Source of the DNA: Octopus sinensis
Lineage: Eukaryota
Assembly (NCBI RefSeq): GCF_006345805.1
Contig: NC_043012.1
Span: 17,856,001-17,920,000, forward strand
Reading direction: 5' to 3'
Length of the DNA stretch: 64,000 bases
Shown here: positions 54,941 to 64,000 of the stretch, in pieces
How positions within the stretch are numbered: the stretch's first letter is position 1
Layout: the number at the start of each line of letters is the position of its first letter
Notes under the pieces: model-generated
The model's input: the letters and a program-made list of their open reading frames with translations, nothing else
What the model was told of the DNA's origin: nothing
Database searches by the model: none
Made by a program: the position numbers and the translations under genes

Positions 54941-55574
54941 ATATAATATATATATGTATCAGCGATGGTGATATAGGAACAAACATACACAAGAATACAC
55001 AAAGGTATATACATACATAATTTTGTTTTACGTAAAGTCTATGTAAAAGTTTGTACGAGAAGTAAATGGAACTTAAACATTAATGGAGAATTCAATCCTA
55101 TTTGTGGGGTACTCTACCCTTTATATCTAATTTTGGCTTCCTAGTAATAATCAGACTTTTGATCGTAATATCACCTGTATGAATTGTAATAGGAATTCAT
55201 GTAAACAATATTCAAATCAGTGATCAAAATCATTCATCAGAATATCACTCCTAAAAAGACTGTTTCCATTTATAATACTTCAATAGCATTTATACTGAAA
55301 TCATAATAACAATGAAAAATATCTATAATATATCTTATGAATATTTTAGAAACCAATAATTACTGAGATCTGAGAAATCATATCTATTCTTGGGACTTTT
55401 GTAGCTGCTATCTTCCATAACACAAAGTCAATGTAATTCGTTTATTAATTCATTCCACTTTACATTATTCTTCTCAAAACCTAAACTAGAGACTTTCATA
55501 ATAATATAGAAATTAATATAAAGTACAGTATTCACACTGTGATTTTATTCACAACAAATACTTTTCTTCGATAG

Positions 55575-55640
55575 ACCGAAAAAACAACTATCACTTGGGT
55601 TGCGGAAAACACAAAAGAGTTGCGATAAGATTACTCATTC
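55575..55640 (+). CDS. Candidate exon of an unidentified plus-strand gene (phase 1-1)
   Basis: ttttcttcgatag| ... |gtgaga; open as DRKNNYHLGCGKHKRVAIRLLI; no homology recognised. Confidence 0.25.
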
Positions 55641-55846
55641 GTGAGATACTGTCCTTCTTCTTGAAAACCTAAAAATTGATTATACATTGTATGTATATAT
55701 ATATATATATATTATATATATATATTATATATATATATATATAATATATATATATATATGTATGTATATATATATATATAATATGAATTAGAGATAAAAC
55801 CACTATCTTTTCTAATTTTTCCCTGTAAGTTTGGAGCCCTACTCCC

Positions 55847-55966
<120 letters not shown>

Positions 55967-56131
55967 ATATATACATATGTGTGTTTTATTGCTTGGAAGA
56001 ATTCGCCATCATTGTAAACGGAGTGATGTTAACGCAGTGATTAAAGTGATTTTAACAAATACAAAGCATACCTGTTGCCAAATTAGATACAATATTCTAT
56101 TCATGCATTACTGACATGCTATATTTCGTAG

Positions 56132-56231
56132 TGGATAGGAGAGTTATGATTCATTTATCTAATTTACAAAATGAAGTCTCAACAGTGCTTACTGGGGCTT
56201 CTTATGATTCACTAAGAAATATTTGGGATTC
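56132..56231 (+). CDS. Candidate exon (phase 1-2)
   Basis: atatttcgtag| ... |gtgaat; open as LDRRVMIHLSNLQNEVSTVLTGASYDSLRNIWDS. Confidence 0.25.
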
Positions 56232-56901
56232 GTGAATGTGGATCTATTAGTTGCGAACTTTGTGTATCTGCAACTCTCTCTCTCTATATATATGTGTTCT
56301 CACATTTAATTACAAGGATAATAAATGTATACATCAATATTTTAGATCTTAAATGATTTTTCATTTCAAGATCGTAAATGATCTTTCATTTCAAGAATGA
56401 ATGTCCCCCGAAAATATATTAGGATCTCCTCCCACAGCTCAATTACATATGAATTTCTACGAATTACATGTTCAATTAATATCATAATTTCAATTATCTA
56501 ATTAATTAATTAATCAATTATAAGTTTTATTCGGAGAAATATCAAATATATTTTTGAAGTTAGAAATTTTAACTTACGTGTGAAGGAAAGTACTTACTGA
56601 ATTCACTGTACAAACGTATGTGCAAAAGAAGAGAATTCTAGAAGTACACAAGTACCTTTCTACTTGTAAATATGATGCAATTATAAGGGAAAAAAACGTG
56701 CTTACAGAACGTGATTTAAAATTAGTTTCCTAAATAATTGACTAGTATATGAATGCATACATACATACTTACATACATACATGCATACATACATACATGC
56801 ATACATGCATGCATACATAAATACATACATATATATACTAATTAAATCTTATTTTACAGAATAACAGAATTAAAATTTCTATGATTAAAACCCTTTCTAA
56901 G

Positions 56902-57880
56902 ATGGAAGTATTTAAAGAGCATTTGAGGATCATACTGATTTATGAGTACAAAAAAGGAAATTCTGCAGACGAAGAGACTGGAAACATACACTCAGTTTAT
57001 GGGAAAGGATACTTGAATGAAAGAACTTGCAGAAGATAGTTTGCAAAATTCATCCTTCAAGGTGAAGATCGAACAGAACGTGCATTTGAGTTTGATGATA
57101 AGATCCTTGAGGCATTACTTGAAGAAAATCCTACATTATCAGTTGAAGAATTGGCAATAACGCTTAGTTCAAACAGTACAACTGTTCATCGTCATCTTCA
57201 ACAATTTTGAAGTGTTCCTAAATGTTCCTAAAAATGGGTACCTCACGAATTGTCCGAAAACATCCTCAAATCCCGAGTTGACATCTGTCTTCTCTCCATT
57301 CTCACGAACTCATTTCACCCTTTTTCGATAGACTTCTTCTTTCGATGGACCTTCTTTCGAAATGGTAAACTTCGTAAAGTGTGGGTTGGTAAAAGAAAAA
57401 AAGCTCAACAAAAACCGAGAAGGTAACTTCATAGGGAAACATTTCTTCTCTCTATCTGATGCGATTCCAAAGGAGTAATTGAGTTCGAATTGTTACCACC
57501 TAAAGCAAAAATCAATAATCAAGTCTACTGTCAGCAATTAGAGCGTTTGAACAAAGCTTTGAAGAAAAGAAGAATCGCTTTATTGAATCGTAAAGGACTG
57601 ATGCCTGACCCCACACTGCCAAGATCACATCACAGAAGATCGAAGAGCTTGGTTGGGAAAAAATTACTCATCCAACTTATTCTTCCAGCCTTGCTCCTTT
57701 AGACTACCATTTGTTTCGTAGTTTACAGAATCATGTGGAGGACATCTTTCGCAAGCCAGGATGAGGTCGAAACTGACACTTCAGCGTTCTTCGGTTTGAA
57801 GCCAAGAGATTTATATTGATGGGATTAAGGAGCTTGTAAATAGATGTGGAAGGAAGTCGTAGATAATCAGGGACAGTACA
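56902..57880 (+). mobile_element. mariner (DD34D-type) transposase pseudogene
   Basis: MEVFKEHLRIILIYEYKKG..KWVPHEL..ELLPPKAKINNQVYCQQLERL..HPTYSSSLAPLDYHLFRSLQN; stops, frameshifts and internal deletions; TIRs not recognised. Confidence 0.92.
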
Positions 57881-57955
57881 TATACATATATATATATGTA
57901 CGTATACATATATATATATATGATATAGTTCAAAATTGCATAGAAGGTCTTGAAA

Positions 57956-58001
57956 CCACCTGATGAATGTCCATTGAACTGACAAGAAACGATCGTAGTG
58001 G
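57956..58001 (+). ncRNA. Type I hammerhead motif (mismatch at the base of stem II)
   Basis: CCAC CTGATGA A TGTC-CATTGAACT-GACA A GAAAC GATC GTA GTGG; palindromic stem III ACGATCGT, GUA triplet, 4-bp stem I. Confidence 0.65.
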
Positions 58002-58670
58002 ATATCTTAATTAATCTTAATTATATTTAATTTATATAAATTTTTTTATGTATTGGATTAAGTCTTTCTTATTTATATTTATACTTATATATATTATATG
58101 TATGTTTGTATACGTGTTGACATAAATATAGAATAAACATATAATTTATCATTTTAAGATATGTTTGTGTGTGTATACATAAAGGCAATGTGTATGGAAG
58201 AGTTATGGAATTCATTCGTGGAGTTTATCTCGCTACGATATTGACTTCGCCTCAACCCAGAGGGTGTCATCAAGAACATATTAAACTATAAGGCATTATA
58301 AAGCAAGTTAAAACGTCATTAGAACTAACACGCAATATGCAACAAGAAGGGAAACAAGACACTATCTATCCACTGAGACGACAATATCATACCACCCGCG
58401 ACATTCCTGAATCACGGGTGTAGTTTTGGGGGTTTACTTTCTCGGGGTGATTGCATGTTAATTTCCGTCATGCTTTAACTTCGTGCGCAATACCCAATCC
58501 CTTTTTAACTATTCGTGATGAAATTCTATGGGTAGAAATTGAATGCATGTCGTTGACAGCATAAACACACTCACACACACCACAAAACATTGATATGTGT
58601 GTATATATGAGTATATCTATGCATATATTTATATATTTGGATATATATCTGCATGTATGCATGTATATAT

Positions 58671-58865
58671 ATACAAATAAATGAAAGAATGGAGTTGAAC
58701 GACGAATTAACAAAATTCCTTTATTCTCGACATATGTTTCGAAGGCTGCATATTCCTAATTTCCAAGGAATAAGGGGTGCATTATGCGGCCTTCTCATCA
58801 GGAAAAACATGGAACTTATGTTAGCATCAAGATGCAGAAAAACTTTTACATGACTGCCCACACGG
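58671..58865 (-). repeat. Left arm of a 195-bp inverted repeat pair (HHR-bearing, PLE-like)
   Basis: 8 differences from the reverse complement of 59513-59707. Confidence 0.95.
58715..58815 (-). ncRNA. Full-size type I hammerhead ribozyme with an intact core
   Basis: GTTCCATGTTTTTC CTGATGA GAAGGC-C-GCATA-..-TATGC-A-GCCTTC GAAAC ATAT GTC GAGAATAAAGGAAT; predicted cleavage between 58729 and 58728. Confidence 0.88.
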
Positions 58866-59081
58866 GCAGTTTGATAAGGGCAGAAAATTTTGTGGCGTCT
58901 GTATTTCCGAACTTTTCCATATATTGTTCGCCAAAGTCCCTTTAATAAATACAATGGTCGAGAAATCCTATAGGTGCATGCACTGGCAAAAACACACATT
59001 TCACTCATATGAATGATGATTAATATAGATAACCTCCTTGAATTTTAATAATATAGTCTCATTTATATTTCATCCCCATAG

Positions 59082-59124
59082 TCAATTTTTATACTCATAA
59101 AGGACTACTATCCAATCCATTGAG
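59082..59124 (+). CDS. Candidate 43-nt exon between the HHR inverted repeats
   Basis: tttatatttcatccccatag| ... AG|gtatgt; open in phase 1-2 (NFYTHKGLLSNPLR) and compatible with 60079 but not directly with 56231. Confidence 0.25.
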
Positions 59125-59512
59125 GTATGTTTTACCTTTGTCTCTCTATTTCGCCATCCTCTCTCTCTCTCTTTCCCTCTCTCTATCGTAAGCACAATCA
59201 AACACACAGACAAAAACCTGTCACTTTAGCACTGTCTGTTTTTGGCATCTACCCAACCACACACACAATCACGCACACACATAGGCATGAATGCAGTTAT
59301 ATACATACACACACATAGGCACTCAATCACAAAACAAAACAACAAATCACCATTCATATGACATGCACCCTATCACCTTCCTATTCTTAGGCCTCTCTCC
59401 TCCAACCTTGTTTGAACCATTGAACCTTCTAGAATCTTCTACATTCAACCATTTTTGACGTCACTACTTATAACGGAATATTTTAAAGAAACACTCATTA
59501 TCGCTATGGGCT

Positions 59513-59707
59513 CCGTGTGGGCAGTCATCTAAACGTTTTTGTGCATCTTGATGCTAACATAAGTTCCTTGTTTTTCCTGATGAGAAGGCGGCATAATGCA
59601 CCCCTTATTCCTTCGAAATTAGGAATATGCAGCCTTCGAAACATATGCAGAGAATAAAGGAATTTTGTTAATTCGTCGTTCAACTCCATTCTTTCATTTA
59701 TTTGTAT
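59513..59707 (+). repeat. Right arm of the 195-bp inverted repeat pair
   Basis: See left arm. Confidence 0.95.
59563..59663 (+). ncRNA. Hammerhead copy with a mutated cleavage triplet (GUC to GCA), predicted inactive
   Basis: CTGATGA at 59577-59583, GAAAC at 59638-59642, GCA at 59647-59649. Confidence 0.8.
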
Positions 59708-59855
59708 TTAAAAAAAATACACAAATTTCCACACGAAAGCACGTGATCTCTGCCCTTGGCATGTAGCTTCAACCGTGTTTTTCTGATGTGAATTTGCTAC
59801 CCAGGTATAGGTTAACCGAATTATCCATAATAAGATAATTCATTCAAATACTATA

Positions 59856-59895
<40 letters not shown>

Positions 59896-60078
59896 ATATA
59901 TATATATATTATTTATATATATATATATACACATACATAGATACATATACATATATGTATTATGTATGTCTGTATGAATCTATACATGTGTGTATTGTGT
60001 GCGTTCGTTCACAATGTTTTTCCACAGATAGCACTTTTTAACATGTGTTTTGTCTTTCAAATTTTGCTGGTTCTATAG

Positions 60079-60131
60079 ACTACTTAGAAATGGATTACTA
60101 TCGGAAAGTAACTTTCTCAGGAGAATTACAG
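60079..60131 (+). CDS. Candidate exon (phase 2-1)
   Basis: tttgctggttctatag| ... CAG|gtatgc; open as LLRNGLLSESNFLRRIT. Confidence 0.35.
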
Positions 60132-60729
60132 GTATGCATATTCCATGAACTTGCTTGTTTTAAAATTCTTTCACACAGTTTTAAATTACTTCCGAGATTA
60201 CAGTTCGGAATCTTTGTGTGTTTTCCCTGATACATTTATCTCGCTATATAAACCCCCGTCTGAAGTTTCCCTGTTCAATGCCTCAGTGCTTGATATTCAA
60301 TAAGATTCGTTTTCTTATATGTATGATACACAACTAAATACTGCAGTACTTCAAATCATTCAAACAGTTCTGTAAAAGCTTTTTACTTTTAAATAAAGTG
60401 TTTTTTTTCACTATGTATACATTATGTACGGGCTATGGAATGTGGTTTCAAAGGAGAAGGTTTGTATGAGATGAACTTTTAAGTACACCATCAAAGTTAC
60501 TAGTTTACTTGATCCAACTCTCAGAAACACTGCAGAATGTTGCACAGTTTCCTGTATTTTAAAATCAATAAACCGATATCAAATAAAACCTGTAAATATT
60601 TGTGTGATGTAGGGAACGTGAATAAAAGTCAAATTAAAAGAAAAATCAAATCATTTGTATTACCTAGGAAATACGTCGAAATTGCAATGCCTTGTTCGTA
60701 GTGTGACAAAAAATATTATATTTTTTCAG

Positions 60730-60860
60730 GCTATCGGATCTCATTACAAGGAGGTTGTGGAAGACAAGTAACACATATCATGGTCACCCATGGAGTACAA
60801 GTAACAGTAAGACAAAAATTAGGTCAAAGGCAAAAGACTACTATCATACCAAGAGACTGA
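60730..60860 (+). CDS. Candidate terminal coding exon
   Basis: atattttttcag| then GYRISLQGGCGRQVTHIMVTHGVQVTVRQKLGQRQKTTIIPRD* in phase with 60079-60131. Confidence 0.3.
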
Positions 60861-61736
60861 ACGATCTAATGTTTTCAGAAGCAGTGCTAATCGGAAGGAA
60901 ACTGGCTGCCCAAAATATGGATAAAATATTATCTCTGTTTTGTATGCTAAATTCCGCACAGGCGACACAATTCTAGAGACCGCCCATTGCCACAATATAC
61001 ATTCAATGAATATACACAACAGAAATGACATATGTTACCTCTGTGGTGTACTGCCGAGAAAATACACATCTTTCAATTTTCTTGGAATTACTATAATATC
61101 GGAAAGCGGTGTTGTATAAAGTCTCTTAGTCACCAAATTTCAACAATCCCAAGAAAATACTTATATTACCTGTATAGGAAACTTAATTACCTTTTAAATA
61201 TTATTTGTAATAATCTCAAAAACAATAATACGTTAGAGTTGTAGACGTGAAAAAATTGGGGCATTTAATTCTTAATCTCAAATACATAGTACATTTGCTA
61301 ACATAAAACCATAATTCTGCGACTAATCTAAATTCAGGAATGATAAAATATATTAAAATTATATACAATTAAAACGAAACCATTACTGAAACCATACCCA
61401 CACAAATATGAACAGTTACAAAAACGCTTAACTCACTGAGGAAACATAAGAGAGAAAGAAAAACAAAACTGCGTATTAAGCATTCCGAGTTCAGTGTTAA
61501 GACAAGAATGCGATGAAAAGTTTCTGAAGAAATATTTATTAAACCACTTAACAATAAATACGTTGACGTCATTCGGTGCATGTTTTTTTTTCTTCAAATT
61601 ATTAGCAATTATACATTTATTACATGCTTCAAATTTGTTTCTTCTTTATCTTAATAAATATCTTAATGTATAATTCAAGTATAATTCGTAATACTTGAAT
61701 AATTACGCATATCTAAATTAAATTAGAACACTTTAT

Positions 61737-62160
61737 TACTCTTTTACTCTTACTCTTTTACTCTTTTACTTGTTTCAGCCATTTGACTGCGGCCATGCTG
61801 GAGCACCGCCTTTAGTCGAGCAAATCGACCCCGGGACTTATTCTTTGTAAGCCCAGTACTTATTCTATCGGTCTCTTTTGCCGAACCGCTAAGTAACGGG
61901 AACGTAAACGCACCAGCATCGTCAAGCAATGCTAGGGGGACAAACACAGACACACAAACATATACACACACACTTATAACACACACTTATATATATCTAC
62001 ATATATACGACATGCTTCTTTCAGTTTCCGTCTACCAAATCCACTCACAAGTCATTGGTCGGCCCGGGGCTATAGCAGAAGACACTTGCCCAAGATGCCA
62101 CGCAGTGGGACTGAACCCGGAACCATGTGGCTGGTTAGCAAGCTACTTACCACACAGCCA
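61737..62160 (-). mobile_element. Family B SINE
   Basis: Full-length reverse match to 2128-2527. Confidence 0.9.
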
Positions 62161-62527
62161 CTCCTTTACAATTTACCAATTTGTTTTCTTTTAATGATCT
62201 TATCTCTCCATTAATCCTTGAAGTTCTTTGCAGATCCTATTGTAGAATTGTAGAGTTGAACAAATGTTATGAGGGAGTGGGTTGTTACATACTTCTTATA
62301 CTCACATTTTGTTTACGCCCTGGTTATCCCTGGTCAATAAAATCAATGAACGACCGGCATTCAAAGCATTACCGACCATTTTTATTTCAATAGGAATTTA
62401 CTCCAAAATCAATCCCCAAAACTGAACTTCCTGAACGTGTTTCGAAAAATGCGGTTTATTGTAATTTAATGGAGATTTAGCAGCATTTCCTAACTGGTCG
62501 AATGAGTGAGTTGTAGATATCTGTTGT

Positions 62528-62938
62528 GGCGAGCTGGCAGAAACGTTAGCACAACGGGCGAAATGCTTAGCGGTATTGCGTCTGTCGTTGCGTTCTGAGT
62601 TCAAATTCTGCCGAGGTCGACTTTGCCTTTCATCCTTTCAGGGTCGATAAATTAAGTACCATTTACGCACTGGGGTCGATGTAATCGACTTAATCCGTTT
62701 GTCTGTCCTTGTTTGTCCTCTCTGTGTTTAGCCCCTTGTGGGTAGTAAAGAAATAGGTATTTCGTCTGCCGCTACGTTGTGAGTTCAAATTCCGCCGAGG
62801 TCGACTTTGCCTTTCATCCTTTCGGGGTCGATTAAATAAGTACCAGTTACGCACTGGGGTCGATATAATCGACTTAATCCGTTTGTCTGTCCTTGTTTGT
62901 CCTCTCTGTGTTTAGCCCCTTGTGTGTAGTAAAGAAAG
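62528..62938 (+). mobile_element. Family A SINE dimer (184-bp period)
   Basis: Hairpin landmark at 62675 and 62859; TSD AGATATCTGTTGTGG at 62515-62529 and 62939-62953. Confidence 0.95.
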
Positions 62939-63329
62939 AGATATCTGTTGTGGGAACATTTTGAACCTTTGTACCCAGCTGTTTGAGAAATCACAAATCG
63001 CACACAAGTAGGATCGATCGTTAATCCCATCATTTGTTTGAAATTTATTGGCAACATAGCTTGTATTACAAAATAACAAAAGTGTCAAATCTACATACTT
63101 GAAGCTGGATATGATAAGATAATCTTTAGTGAAATTCTTCTATGCAAGCTTGATGTATTTAGATATAAAATAATGATTGCTAAAGTTCACTCAATGTTAG
63201 AAAAGGCGAATAAATTTAATGATTCTCAGAAGAGATACAACCTTCCTAGATTAATTGGAAAACCTGGACATGCAACATGATGTCACTAAATACGTTTATT
63301 CAATCATATTTAGCTGGTTTAGAGAGGAA

Positions 63330-63570
63330 GAAAAAAATAATAATTGTCCATTCAGTTCGGTGTGAAACTTAAAGCCACGAGAGATATTACCTTCGAAACG
63401 CATGAAATCAATCTTGGCAGTGATAATTATCACAACAACAGAATCTGCGTAGCAGCACTGAAGATATTTGCATATATCTTGGCGCAGATGAAAAATTGTA
63501 ATATATCCGATATACTGGCGTGCTTTCCAGTCACAGCGATCAAGCTGAATAATCAACCTGTGGGATAGAA
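63330..63570 (+). mobile_element. Possible RLE-type LINE RT relic
   Basis: SIQFGVK (cf. I.MQFG..K) and a frameshifted IYLGADE (cf. YKYLG.DE). Confidence 0.4.
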
Positions 63571-63805
63571 ATGTCTGATCTTAGGTTCTCAGAACTGTCA
63601 GAGTTGAGTCAAATGCCAAAGTGATGTTAGAAAATTGATCAGATTAATATACAAACACATTCTTGCATACACACATATATACATGTATATGGACACACAC
63701 ACACACAAGCAGATAAATAACACACATACACATATATATATATATATATATATATATTCATACACACACACAAATAAATATATATATATATATACATATA
63801 CATAC

Positions 63806-63836
<31 letters not shown>

Positions 63837-63840
63837 CATT

Positions 63841-63898
<58 letters not shown>

Positions 63899-64000
63899 TG
63901 TGTGTGTGTGTGTGTATGGTATGAGAGTAGTTTATGCATGCATACTTAAATATACACATGAATAAATACACGCAATTTTACATGCGTAAAGAATACATTT

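Overview
AT-rich, microsatellite-dense eukaryotic DNA. The repeat repertoire suggests a coleoid cephalopod (Octopus-like), which is an inference and was not database-checked. I found no intact recognisable host gene, rRNA, functional tRNA or CRISPR array, and most ORFs in the track are microsatellite artefacts. The window is a mosaic of tRNA-derived SINEs with shuffled modules, LINE relics (CR1/L2-type APE, R4/Dong-type RT and RLE), Tc1/mariner relics, a pogo/Tigger-like MITE, a 461-bp foldback and Penelope-like (PLE) termini. The main signal is at least seven type I hammerhead ribozyme (HHR) motifs from about five sequence families. They include (i) a full-size HHR with an intact core at 58715-58815 (-), paired with an inverted 96%-identical copy whose cleavage triplet is mutated, (ii) a tRNA-headed SINE-like element carrying an HHR in its tail (11391-11766), and (iii) a U3:A8 compensatory-core variant. 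A second signal is a SINE that moves as exact 184-bp-period multimers, two of them bounded by target-site duplications (TSDs). A weak chain of phase-compatible plus-strand exons at about 54.7-60.9 kb may be the 3' end of a host gene.
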